Shown piece by piece: positions 24,745 to 38,189 of a DNA stretch of 64,000 bases (within the stretch, counting starts at the first letter, position 1; every line of letters begins with the position of its first letter). Source of the DNA: Octopus sinensis (Eukaryota); the NCBI RefSeq assembly GCF_006345805.1, contig NC_043000.1, positions 81,220,001-81,284,000 of the forward strand, written 5' to 3'. The notes under the pieces were generated by a model, which did not search any database, was not told the DNA's origin, and was given only the letters and a program-made list of their open reading frames with translations. The position numbers and the translations under genes were made by a program.

Positions 24745-27700
24745 TGTATCATCATCATCATCATCATTGTTTAGCGTCCGCTTTCCATGCTGGCATGGGT
24801 TGGACAGTGCAACTGGGGTCTGGGAAGCCAGAAGGCTGCACCAGGCCCAGTCTGATCTGGCAATGTTTCTACGGCTGGATGCCCTTCCTAATGCCAACCA
24901 CTCCATGAGTATAGTGGGTGCTTTTTACATGCCACCGGCACAGGTGCCAGACGAGGCTGGCAAACGGCCACGGTCGGATGGTGCTTTTTACGTGCCGCCG
25001 GCACGGAGGCCAGGTGAGGCTGGCAATGGCCATGATCGGATGGTACTTTTTACGTGCCACCGGCACAGAAGCCAGTCTGGGCGGCACTGGCAATGGCCAC
25101 ATTCGGATGGTTCTCTTATGTGCCACCAGCACTGGTATCACAGCTACAATTTCCATTCATGTTGATCGATTTTGATTTTTGATTTTTTAATTTTTTAATT
25201 TTCACTTGCCTCAACAGGTCTTCACAAGTAGGGTTTTGTGTCCCAAGGAAAGGTATGCAAAGTGGACTGAGGCTATGGGTGATGGTCTCACTTGACCTGC
25301 CGGGTCTTCTCACGCACAGCATACTTCCAAAGGTTTCGGTCTCTAGTCATTTCCTCGGTGAGACCTAAAGTTCGAAGGTCATGCTTCACCACCTCATCCC
25401 AGGTTTTCCTGGGTCTGCCTCTTCCACAGGTTCCCTCAACAGCTAGGGTGTGGCACTTTTTCACACAACTATCTTCATCCATTCTTGCCACATGGCCATA
25501 CCAGCGCAAACGTCTCTCTTGCACACTGCAACTGATGCTTCTTAGGTCCAACTTCTCTCTCAAGGTACTTACACTCTGTCGAGTGTGAACACTGACATTA
25601 CACATCCATCGGAGCATACTGGCTTCATTTCTTGCGAGCTTACGCATATCCTCAGCAGTCACGGCCCATGTTTCACTGCCATGTAGCATGGCTGTTCATA
25701 CACAAGCATCATACAGTCTACCTTTTACTCTGAGCGAGAGGCCTTTTGTCCCTAGCAGAGGTAAGAGCTCTCTGAACTTTGCCCAAGCTATTCTTACTCT
25801 AGCAGTTACACTTTCAACACACCCGCCCCCGCTACTGACTTGGTCACCTAGGTAATGGAAGCTATCAACTATTTCTAGTTTTTCACCCTGGAATGTGGCG
25901 GAAGTTGCTCTCTGTGCATTTTCAGTGTTTATTGCTCCTGAGCATCTGCCACATACAAAAACTATCTTCCTAGTTAGCCTTCCCTTGACGTTGCTGCACC
26001 TCTTGTATGTCCATAGCTTACACTTGGTGCATCTTATAGAGTTTCTACCTACACCTTTTCTACAGATCGAGCAAGGCCATCTACTTGAAGGCGTTTGTGA
26101 CTTGTCTACCTTCCTACTTATTAGGACTTTGGTTTTAGCTAGGTTGACTCTAAGGCCCTTCGATTCTAATCCTTGCTTCAACACCTGAAACTTCTCCTCC
26201 AGTTCTGATAGTGACTCAGCAATTAGAGCAAGGTCATCAGCATAGAGGAGCTCCCAGGGGCATCCTGTCTTGAATTCCTCCGTTATTGCCTGGAGGACTA
26301 CGATAAATAGGAGGGGGCTGAGGGCTGAACCTTGGTGGACCCCTACCTCTACCCGGAATTCATCACTGTACTCGTAGCCAACCCTCACCTTACTAGCAGC
26401 GATCCTGTACATGGCCTGCACAGCTCTCACTAACCATTCATCTATCCCTAGTTTCTTCATTGACCACCAGATAAGGGATCGGGGGACCCTGTCAAAGGCT
26501 TTCTCCATGTCAACGAAAGCCAGGTACAGGGGCTTATCTTTGGCTAGATATTTCTCCTGCAGCTGTCTTACCAGGAATATGGCATCAGTGGTGCTTTTTC
26601 CCTGGCACGAATCCAAACTGCATCTCATCTAAACTAACTCTCTCTCTAATTAGTTGAGCTATGACCCTCTCCGTAACCTTCATTACCTGATCTAACAGTT
26701 TGATACCTCTGTAATTATTTGTATCTAGGGCGTCACCTTTACCTTTGTAACAGTTGACTATTATACTGCTACACCAGTCATTGGGTATGACTCCTTCGTG
26801 TATTACCTGGTTAACTATACGGGTGACTAGGCTATAGCCGACACTACCAGATATTTTGAGCATCTCTGCAGTAATTCCTGATGGGCCTGGGCTTTCCCTG
26901 TCTTAATGCTTCTAATTGCCTTAATTACCAAGGAACTGTCAACTCAGATAGCTGGTCCCTCTGTTGGGTTGACATTCGGCAGACTCTCTTTATCCCATTC
27001 ATTTTCTTCATTCAGCAACCTTTCATTGTGGCGTCTCCACACCTCTCTCTTTGCATCCTCATTTAGCGCAAGTGAACCATCATCCATGCTAACACATTTC
27101 TCTCCTACCACATCACGATTCTCTTTCACACACTGTCTTGCAACGCGATATACCTCAAGTCTTTGGTCCTCAACATTGGCAAATTTTTTCTTATCTGCTT
27201 CCTCTCTGGCTAAATAAACCTGTCTCATAGCTTCTCTTTTGGCAGTCTGATACAATTCCCTGCTAACCCCATTTTTCCAATCCTTCCAAGCCTGTCTCTT
27301 TTCTCTAATAGCTCTATCTACAACATTGTTCCACCACCACGTTATTCTAGGTCGAGAGGGGACTTTGCACCAGCCACAGATCTGGTCAGTGGCTCTCAGC
27401 AGGTTGTCCCTTAGAAACGTCCAGTTGTCTTCTACCCCCTGTGATGCTCTATCCTCTTCTACTTCGTCAAAGGCTTCAAGTAATATGTCCTTAAATCTCT
27501 GTCCATTTGCAGGATCTTTAAGCTTCCAGATCCTTCTTCTCCATGTTGGTCGTCTTATGGTCGTCCTCTTAGTCCTGATCCTAAAGTCACTAACTACCAG
27601 TCTATGTTGTGGGGTACATTCTTCGCCTGGGAAGGTTTTGGCATTTATAAGCAGCCATCTTTCCCTTTTCCTGGCAAGGATGTAGTCAATTTGGCTGGTA

Positions 27701-28204
27701 TGTCGGACCGATCGGTAGGTGACTAGGTGGCTGGTAGGTTTCCTGAAGTTAGTGTTGCAAACCATGAGATCATTTGCGTCGCAGAACTCCAGGAGCCTGG
27801 TTCCCTCCTCATTGCGGGAACCATAGCCATAGCCTCCATGTACACCATGGAAGCCCCCAGCATGTTTTCCAACATGCCCATTAAAATCACCAGCCACAAA
27901 GAGAAGGTCTCTGTCGTTCCTCAACGAGGTAGTCTGCAGTAAGGCGTCATAGAATTGGTCTTTCTGTCGATCGGGTAGCCCTGGCTGAGGGGGCATAGGC
28001 CGATATAATGGTTGCTAATCCATGATGAAGCACTATTCTAATCTTAAGTATTCTGTCACTTACTCTGATTACCTCAAGTACCTTATCTACCCATTTTTCA
28101 GCGAGAAGTATACCCACGCCTCCAACCCCGTCAGTGTTTCCTGCCCAGAAAATCTTGTACCTGTGTCCTTTGCCTGTGAGGAACCTAGCAGAACCGTCTC
28201 TCCA

Positions 28205-28206
<2 letters not shown>
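24745..28206 (-). mobile_element. RTE-clade LINE, near full ORF (APE endonuclease + RT), 5'-truncated and inactivated
   Basis: APE motifs (GVGILL, ISAYAPQ, AGDFNGHVG, QIDYIL, QHRLVVSD) and RT motifs (FVDMEKAFDRVP, QGSALSPLLF, YADD). Frameshifts near 27991, 26888 and 26593; TGA stops at 26944 and 25696; 3'UTR ends in an (ATG)n tail at 24745-24767. Confidence 0.96.
24917..25130. repeat. ~62-67 bp tandem repeat (3.5 units) in the RTE 3'UTR
   Basis: ggtgctttttac(a/g)tgcc units start at 24917, 24980, 25042 and 25109. Confidence 0.9.
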
Positions 28207-28247
<41 letters not shown>

Positions 28248-28654
28248 ATGTATGTATGTGTTTCTAGGGGTATATATATATATGTATGTATTTTTCTGAA
28301 TCTTCAGATTTTTTCAGTATGCTAGGCCACTGGTTTTAAATTGATATTAATCAAATTAATAGTAAATTTTTCACTCTTATTATTCAAATTCATATGTATG
28401 TATATGTATATATATATATAAAATATATATATATATAAAATGGGACAAGAACGCAAAACATCCAGACAACTAGGTGATACAAAAGGGACAACAAAACATC
28501 CAGATAGATGATACAAAAAAACAAGGATGGGTCATTCGAAGTTTTTTTTTCCTCAGTCAAAAACCAGATCATCCTCGCAATTTCGGCTGATATATTCACA
28601 CACATGTATACACATTCATATATGCATACTTAAACACACACATACATATAAAGT

Positions 28655-29225
<571 letters not shown>

Positions 29226-31041
29226 ACTAAACAACACACACACACATGTGTATAAACATTCATATTTATAGCCATTCACACACATGCACAGATACCCTTT
29301 TTAAATGATATAGCTATTTTTAATGCTTTTTATTAGTCTAGTATGATGTTGATGATTGTAATGATAACTACTTTTATTGTTTTAGAATTCTTTATTTATT
29401 TACTGTTATTACCAATTTATTCTCTAATATTCTCCATTAGATGATAATGATAAAAATAATAAAATTTGAAAATGACCAACTTACTAATTCTATCTAGTAT
29501 AGTTCTGTTATTTTTTTTTGTATGTATATTTATAAATTGATCAATTTATTGATATGATTCTTTTAATATCCTTTATGGTCTATTCTTATTTCATCTATTT
29601 CACATTCCCCCCCTCTCCTATGGCCCTGATGAACTGTCCCAGTGTAATAGACTTTGACAGGTTTATCACTTTATATATTTTTCATTTAAAAAAATAGCCT
29701 TCTCTCTCCTCCTCACTCTCTTTTTCTCCACCCTCCCTTTCTCTTTCTACCCAGAGAACAACTGATCTACCTTCTCCCATGCTAACTTGGTGTGTTCAGT
29801 TACCTGCCCAGGCTCTTCAGGCTGACAAAAGCAAACTGTCAAAGTTTATGGTCAAGCCTGTAGCAGTGGAAACCTCCAGTGTTCTCAATCCCCAAACCAC
29901 ATTTCTGCTCACTGCTATCAGGGCAGAGATAGCTAAATACTAGTGCAAACCTCATGACTCAGAGTGGCTGTTCCAGCACATCTCTCACACCTTCCTCAGG
30001 GACAACACCTTTTCCATTTTATCTGCTGGAACCATGAGGTGGAAATTGAGAGAATGCAAGAATTTCGTAGCTTACTAGATGAACAATAAACTTTTACAAC
30101 CCCTCACTCCACTTACTGATCTACCCCATCCTTAACAACACCATTTTGCACTGGCATCCTTGCACTCTACATTCTTTACATACCCATGGATTTCACAGTT
30201 TACTGGCCTATCATTTATTAGATAAAGATAAATACTATTAACCACAACCCTGCCACTACACAATATAAATCCTAGATTTCCATAATTTTATTGTACTCAG
30301 ATGAATTCCAACTGAAACAAAGCATGATAAGCCTTTTATGCACTCTCATTTGACTATACAAATACAAATGTGTATACATGTGTATATGTGTGTGTATATG
30401 TATATAAGAAAAGCGTTGAATTTACAGAGTCACTAGAACAGTGGACAGAATGTCTTAACGTATTTATTCCCATTCTTCATTCTTTGAGCTCAACTTTGCC
30501 ATTAATTTGGGGGGAGTTGATAAATAAAGTACCAATCCATTATGGTGAATTATTGGAACGTTTAGAGCATTGGACAAGAAACCTTGCATTAGCTGTTCCC
30601 TCCCTTTACATTCTGAGTTCAAATTGCGCCTCTGTCCACAGATCTCTTTCTGTCAGGAAATGAAATTTTCAGGCCTTGGCTTACAGTGATTGTCTTCATT
30701 GTGTGAAGGTGCAACATGTTGCTTCAAGCAACATCTTCATAGGTTTCATAAAATAATTGGTCCTTGCACAAGCAGTATTTTACATTTATGTTATCTGTAT
30801 ATTGGTGGGTGGATGACCTATGGTGCATGGTGGTGGTGGTGGTGGTGGTGATGGTGGTGGTGGTGGGGCATGTGTCTGTGTATCGGGGGTATGATGTGTG
30901 TGGAAGTGTATTTATAATGGCATTTCTGTGTATTTGTATGTATATGCACATATGTCTGTCTGTGTGTGTGCATGTGTGCATATATCTATTTGTGTATATG
31001 TGTCTCTGTTTATATGTTGGTTTGTGTATACATGTATGTGC

Positions 31042-31081
<40 letters not shown>

Positions 31082-31656
31082 GAACTTAATAAACATCATG
31101 TACAAGATCCTCAGCTCTTGAGTCACTTTTGTTATTTTTAACCAGTTAAAAATATAAATGTGTGTATGTGTGTATGTGTGTGTGTCTGTGTCTGTGTGCA
31201 TGTGTCTGTGAAAGCAGGAATTTATTTTGGCAGATAACATGACTGTTTTATTATCCATCCATTGTTTTATCATCATTTTATCAAAATTTCACTGTCTCAT
31301 ATCTGTATCTGCCTATCATCTATTTATCCATTTATTTGTCCATCCGTCCATCCATCCATTCACTCATCCATCCCACTATGTATCTATCTATGATAGATAC
31401 ATAGTGGGGTGTCTGTCTGTCTATCTATCTATATTTATATGCAGACACAAGCACATACATACAAATACATGAATCAAGCAATGTATACATACACCCACGC
31501 ATGTTTGATATATCCACCACTGTGTGTTTGTCTGTGTGCGTGCTGTAATCTCACATTATTAACAAGCAGTACATACACAAAATGTGTAGGAGTAAATCTG
31601 TCTGCCTGTCTGTTTATGTCTCTGTGTATATACAGCAAGTACAGCAGTATGCCCAT

Positions 31657-31696
<40 letters not shown>

Positions 31697-32423
31697 TTGT
31701 TTTTATTCACTTTGCATGCAAAAAGTGCATCAGGCAGGTATGCATGCACATGCTTGCAGGTACATTTTCCTTGTTGCTTCTGTATTTAATAATTGATGAT
31801 GATTATGATGCTGGTGGTGGTGGTGGTGGTGGTGGTGGTGGTTGTGGTGGTGGTGATGAGGAGGAGGATGACTGCATATGTAAAAATAGATCATGTGTGT
31901 ATATGCCTATATTTGTATGTGCATATTTATATATATACATATATATATGTTTGTATGTGCATGCATGTTACTGTAGCAAGCAGTGCATTCAAGCATACTT
32001 AAATATATGTTGTGTCCCTATTAGTAATTATATGTGTATGTATGTGTGTCTGTGTGTATGTAATATATACATGTGTACATGTTGATTTGTACATGTGTAT
32101 ATGTATCTATAATTCATAATGTACATACAGAGCAAATACCTATCCTGTATTTGGAATCTATACATTGTACATGAACATGTATATATGTATGTATATATAC
32201 ACAAAAATGCATGCATGTATGCACCGCCACCACCACACACACACGCACACACATGCACACTTATATGTGTGTGTCTGAGACAAATTCTTTTTAATCAGAT
32301 TATAAATTTTCAGCTTGTTAGCTTTTGTTTCGATTGTTACTTGAGATATAAATAACACACAATACTTTCTTGTCCAATAATGAGCCTAAAGTTCTGAAAA
32401 ATTATAATCATATGTGTATATGC

Positions 32424-32499
<76 letters not shown>

Positions 32500-32529
32500 A
32501 AGAGACAGAGACAGAGACAGATTCATAGT

Positions 32530-33040
32530 TAGCTGTTAAAATGGGAAAAAGGATGCCTCGGAGAGAGGTAACTACATGAGTATCAAATTGTTGGATCCTG
32601 TCATAAAAGTCTCAGAAAGAGTCACATCTTGATTAGTTAAAGAAAATATTGACTTACATGAGATGCAGATCAGTTTTGAACTGGAAAGAAATACTACTGA
32701 TGTCATCTTTATAAATGAGTACATGAAGTACATAGTTAAGAGTAAATAGCTATGAAGGACATAGCTATGAGTAAACTGCTGTAACTAACATTCATCTGTA
32801 TGGAGACAGCATTCAACAGTGTCCCTTGCTTAGTGATATGGTGGGCACTGAGGATGCTGGGAGTAGGTAAATGGCTAGTGAGAGCTGTATAAGCTAAGTA
32901 CCAGGGTTGTTGTTAACAAGGTATGAGTAATGACCAAAATGATGTATTTAGTGTACAGGGAGTGGTCCATCAGGGCTCAGTGTTCAGTAGCCTTCTATTA
33001 ATCATAGCCCTCTAGGCCATAAGAGTTTAAGAATGGATGT
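32530..33040 (+). mobile_element. Decayed RTE RT fragment
   Basis: Remnants of KG..DA.ERGNY..IKLLD..K..ERV, EMQ..F..TTD.IF and GVHQGSV, collinear with 26300-26760 reversed. Confidence 0.75.
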
Positions 33041-33692
33041 CTTTGTGTATGTGCATGTACGCCTATAGATATAAGGGTGTTTGTGTATTTGCATACATAC
33101 ATGCCTTTTGTGTGTATCTACATGCATATTTGCTTGTGTAAATATCTGTCACTGTACAACAAGGCTGTATTATGTTGAAGTACAATTCACCCAGTAAGTT
33201 TCTATATTGCTTACATCTACACGTTTTCATTCACAAAGTATGGAGCAACCCAAAACTATAAAAATAGACATTTGCCATACAACTGGGCACTCATGGCTGT
33301 GAAGAAAACTTTTTAACCATTCATCCATACTGTGTCTACATGCACACAGACACATGAGTGCCAGTAGCAGATGTATCAGTGTGGTTAAGGAATTTGCTTT
33401 ACCTCTGTGTAGTTCCAGGTTCAGTTTCTCCAATTCTGCCTGAGAATTATGTTAAGGATACAACTTCTATCTAAAGAATGCTCACCCACTTACACATTAA
33501 TTCAGGAGCAGGTAATTCTGTTGAGTAAACAACTGAAACCCACACCATATAGAGATATGTGCATACACACACACACACACACCACAAACACACACACACA
33601 CATTTCCCTTAGGCATTATGAGACTAGTAACCTGGCGTAGAACTCAATACATATGCTTCTGAACAAAGCATTATTCAAGTACAGAGCAGTAA

Positions 33693-33949
33693 TAAGAAAA
33701 TGAAATAACAAAGGAATAATAATTTAGCTTATGAATTTCATTAGCTTACAGTTGTTTCTTGTATAAGATGCCGTAGACCTCATCATTATCATTATCATTC
33801 TCAACATCATCATCAGAGCCTTGAATATTCAAGGCTCAGATGTTACTCATACCCTCAAGTATGAGTCACTGCATCTTATAGCAGAAACAGCTGTAAGCTA
33901 ATGAAGTTCATAACATAATTGTTTATTCCTTTGTCATCTCATTTTCTTA
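33693..33949. mobile_element. Palindromic MITE-like element, ~80 bp inverted arms, TA at both ends
   Basis: 33693-33771 is reverse-complementary to 33871-33949; internal 22 bp perfect palindrome at 33816-33837. Confidence 0.75.
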
Positions 33950-34001
33950 TATATATATAGAGGGAGAGAGAGATAAACTGATTGATCAATTGATTTAATA
34001 T

Positions 34002-34169
34002 ATATTTCTTTATTGCCCACAAGGGGCTAAACATAGAGGGGACAAACAAAGACAGACAAAGGGATTAAGTCGATTACATCGACTCCAGTGTGTAACTGGT
34101 ACTTAATTTATCGACCCCGAAAGGATGAAAGGCAAAGTCGACCTCAGCGGAATTTGAACTCAGAACGTA
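34002..34169 (-). mobile_element. Young 5'-truncated SINE family A copy (CpGs intact)
   Basis: atttatcgaccccgaaaggatgaaaggcaaagtcgacctcagcggaatttgaactc. Confidence 0.85.
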
Positions 34170-34488
34170 ATATAAAAGTTATAGTTCCTTCTAGCTTGCA
34201 TCATTCTTTGTTAGTTTCATGTCTCCGTTCATAGACAGTCTTCATTCAAAGCAGTCTGGTGGATTGAATATTTTCTCACTTCATTTTAGTCATGTAGATT
34301 AACTTCTCATTTGTGTTGAATATGAGGTGGTGGTTTACAGACTATCTGCTTGATGTAAAATTTTTTTTTGTTTTACATTTAATCTAATTCAATAAATCTT
34401 TGTTAAGTTTATTAAAAGAGTATTTATTTTCATACAAACATTTAGAGATTAACTCTGAGTTCCTGTTTAAAATGTCTTGTTTTGTTGC

Positions 34489-34532
34489 AGATGAAATTTT
34501 TCCCATCATTTATTTGCACAAGGAGTGTACTT
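34489..34532 (+). other. Candidate terminal coding exon (phase 1: DEIFPIIYLHKECT*)
   Basis: Strong acceptor gtcttgttttgttgcag followed by a short open frame; no recognised homology. Confidence 0.2.
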
Positions 34533-35984
34533 GAGGCTGAAGTTCTTTATAGACCAGATGTTATTAAAGATGTCAAAATTATTTTTATCTTTTCATTTCC
34601 ATATATGATGTGAGAATGTTGTACTGTTTCTTTTGTTTATGTGTCTAAAGATAAACTTAAGGCTAATCTACTTCATACATTTTAGTGTAAGGTTAAGGGA
34701 GTCAGTATCTTTTCAGAGACATAAGATTGCCGCATGATGAACTAAAGATTCCGGCTTCACACACACGCACACTCACTTATGCTCACATGCAAGCATACAC
34801 ACACACACATGCATGTATGCACACACACATGCTCACTCTTACACAGATATGCACACACATTAGAAATGAGGTGGATAGCTTGAGAATTCTATGTCTTTTC
34901 CTCATGAAAAGTATAACACTCAACAGGCATATAACAGGTGACATCTGATTAAGAGCTATACAGACATATAGATACAAGGTAATATGAAGAAGGAAGGTAT
35001 AGAAAGCTGAAGGTTTCCTCAGCTATCCTTAATATCAAATACTGATATATATGACTAGAAAAGGGTGAAGATAAAAACCTGTAGCATAGCAAATAATTGG
35101 AATTTTCTTCCAAATAATCTGCCTCTTACCACAGAATAGGTCTGTGGGTAGAGCAAGATTTCCTGAGTTACATGCATTGTGGCTTCATTTTTTTATAGAA
35201 AAAAATATAATCTATTCTATAAAATAAACAAAACTAATATTAAGGAGTAGGCCAATTAGTTTATTTCTTCTGAATTAAATAGATTTCATTAGTTATTATT
35301 TTTGTTTTACATTAAAAATTTATTGTTAAAAAATAAAAATGATAAAATAAGAAATAAAATTGAAAAAGAAATATGAAAAGCAGAAATTTTTCTAAGTTAT
35401 AAATTGTTCAATTAAATTCTAATTCTATCTGTTGTATGTTATTGTTTTATGTATAATTATTATAATGATTTAGTTGTTCTTCACCACCACCACCACCACC
35501 ACCTCCACTACCTCCTCCTCATCATCATCATCATTATTGTCTTCATCATCATCATCATTATTATTATTCAGTTTATTGATATTGCTGTTTGATGTGATTT
35601 TGAGATTTTTTTCTGTTTTTGAAGTATTTTTAAAAGCAAAAACCACCTACCCAAAACTAATTTGTCAGTTATTGAATTAATTTGAACTGGATTATAATGT
35701 TGAAAATTATGTAAATTGAGAAAAATTAGTCAAGCATCACATAACTATGGCCTTAGTTCAAATCCTTCTGAGGTGAAACATGGTTTCATCTCTTTCTGAG
35801 TCATTGAAAATAAAGTACCAGTCACCTACTGGTGTCGATTTAACTGTCAGTGTCTTTGTCAAAATTGCTGGCATTGTGCCAATGTTTTTGATTTTCTAAT
35901 TATTATCCTTATTATTTAGGGTGGTGAATTGGTAGAATTGTTAAAACAAAGGAAAAATGCTTTGTAGTATTCATTCCAGTACTT

Positions 35985-36351
35985 TTCATCATTGAAAGGA
36001 GGCTGAAAGTTGTGAAAAGGGCAAGAGTGGATGACACCTCTCTAAGTGTAGACCTGTGAGTTAGAGAGAAGGAATTGGAAAGGGTACTTGCACTTGGGGT
36101 TTCAGGGAAATCTCAGACAGTGGAGTTCCTCAATTATCCTCAGAGACCTTCCTGTATCAGGAGGGCCACATCTCTATCATCCTCCCAGCCCACCTCTTTT
36201 TATGCTATGCCTATGTCCCCTCTCTTTCAGTGTATACTATGTATACTTTCTTGCCTTTTTTTATATCATTTCATTATGTAAACCCCAACACTTTATAATT
36301 GTCTTTGTATTGTCCTCCTCATCCTTCGCCCTTGTGGCAAATAAATGAAAT
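35985..36351 (+). mobile_element. Tx1/L1-clade LINE extreme 3' end
   Basis: ERRLKVVKRARVDDTSLSVDL*, then a UTR ending ccttcgcccttgtggcaaataaat as at 15200-15243. Confidence 0.7.
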
Positions 36352-36642
36352 CATTATTACTATTATTATTTTTTATCACAGGTTTTGTTGGAACTCCTAG
36401 AGTCTTGCATGCATAGCGGGCTTGCTACGTGCAGCCTACAGTACCATGCTATCTGTTCTTTTCAGCTATCTAATACTTTCCTGATTATTCTGGCCATGCC
36501 AAGGAGGCAAACCTTTTGTAACAGATCTACTGGGTACCCTATTCCAATTACCTTTATATTCCTCTTGATGCTTTCTGATACTGTCCCCAAGGACCCAACA
36601 ATAATTGGCACTACCTTCACTTTCTTCATTTTCTGTAGCCTA
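36352..36642 (-). mobile_element. R4/Dong-clade (RLE) non-LTR retrotransposon 3' end with (TAA)n tail
   Basis: RLQKMKKVKVVPIIVGSLGTVSESIKRNIKVIGIGYPVDLLQKVCLLGMARIIRKVLDS* is a typical R4/Dong C-terminus; TAA-repeat on both sides. Confidence 0.85.
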
Positions 36643-36662
36643 TTAGTATGATTATTATTATT

Positions 36663-36870
36663 AAGGTAGTGAGCTAGCAGAATTGCTAGCACACCAGTCA
36701 AAATGCTTAAAGGTATTTCTTCCAACTTTATATTCTCAGTCCAAAATCCACTGAGGTTGACTTTACCTTTCATCCTTACTGGGTTGATAAAAAAAAGACA
36801 GTCAACTACTGCTAGCCAACGAACCAATTATTATTTTCTCTAAGAATTTGTCCCCTTTTACCTATGTTAG
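36663..36870 (+). mobile_element. SINE family A copy
   Basis: taaggtagtgagctagcagaattg..gttgactttacctttcatcc. Confidence 0.75.
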
Positions 36871-37344
36871 AAATCAGTATTGGTATTAGCATTTAATTAT
36901 GACCCTCTGTGCTCTGAAATTCTTTTGCAGTCATCAGTTTTTACCTGATCTATCTTAATAATGCAAATTGCTATTAACCACGAATTTTTACAACTATGTA
37001 TGTATTGTTAACTGGTTAACAATACATACCAATACATACATTGTTAACTGGTTAAAGTAGATCTGAGTTGACTATATTGTATTGATGAAGTCTCATAATA
37101 TAGAAACATATCTATAGTTGTTCCACTTGCCTTCTATGATCAAATTTTTCTCTAAGCATGTAAATTAATTTCATAAAATTTATGCTTAATTTCTTGAAAT
37201 TGTTTCCCCCTTTGTCTTTCTAACATTTATCTTGAGGTTCTTGTTTTCTTTTTCCAACTAATTGGAAAATTCCAGTGAAGTGAAATTTTTTCTTTATTTT
37301 TTGTTGCATATGTAATTCAGTACATTGCCATCCTGCTGACATAC

Positions 37345-37389
37345 ATGTAGCATTGTCTTGTAACAATAGTTGTATCATTTTTTTCTGCA
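37345..37389 (-). other. Candidate 45 nt symmetric exon (AEKNDTTIVTRQCY or VQKKMIQLLLQDNAT)
   Basis: Minus-strand acceptor ccctccctcctctgcctaaaccag, donor AT|gtatgt, length divisible by 3, two open frames. Confidence 0.25.
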
Positions 37390-37579
37390 CTGGTTTAGGC
37401 AGAGGAGGGAGGGATAGCAATCATGATCTTCAAAGGGTTTCTAAGATTAGTGGGGAAGAAAGGCCAATAGAAACCACAATCTATGGGTTACTGTATTAGG
37501 AAACTGTAGCACATTATGATACCAGGTTATTCATAAATCTAAGACCTGATTTGAATGTCTGCAACAGAATGGATTTCAC

Positions 37580-37860
37580 CATGATCATCATCATCATTTA
37601 ACGTCCACCTTCCATGCTGGCATGGATTAAACAGTTTGACTAGAATTGGTAAGCTGGAGAGCTGCATTCAGTTCCAATCTGATTTGGCTTGGTTTCTATG
37701 GCTGGATGCCCTTCCTAATGCCAACCACTTCAAGAGTGTAATGAGTACTTTTTACATGCCACTGGCATGAGTACTTTTTACATGCCACTGGCATGAGTAC
37801 TTTTTATGTGCCACCAGCATGGGTCCCATTTACATGACACTGACAATGGCCATGACTACG
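37580..37860 (-). mobile_element. RTE 3' tail copy
   Basis: (CAT)n tttaacgtccaccttccatgctggcatgg..ggatgcccttcctaatgccaacc as at 24745-24915. Confidence 0.85.
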
Positions 37861-38189
37861 ATTTGTGATGGACCCTAAAAATCAGGTGAGAGTGTTAAAC
37901 CAGGTGATATATTAAATCTAGCACCTAAAAGAAATTTAAATCTGTATGTTCTAAAAATTATTGTATCTTGTGATGACTGTATCCTGAAAAATTTGTGGTT
38001 TCAATTGAAATACGTGTGATGGCTGGGAGAAACTGAGGATATTACATAAAAGCTGTGAAATCACTAAGAAATTCTGATATGAAATTTAACTTTTGTTATC
38101 ATATAAAAACTGATGTATCAGCTAAAATCTGTAAGAGATAAAATATGTTGCAACATGTAAAAAATATATTAAATATATCACTTTTCATA

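Noticed and set aside
24917-25130. CRISPR-like repeat array
   Set aside because: Units are contiguous with no unique spacers, lie in a LINE 3'UTR, and the DNA is eukaryotic.
29755-29943. 62-codon plus-strand frame after a strong polypyrimidine acceptor
   Set aside because: No recognisable protein or donor; the opposite strand faintly resembles Tx1-type LINE sequence, so it could not be classified.
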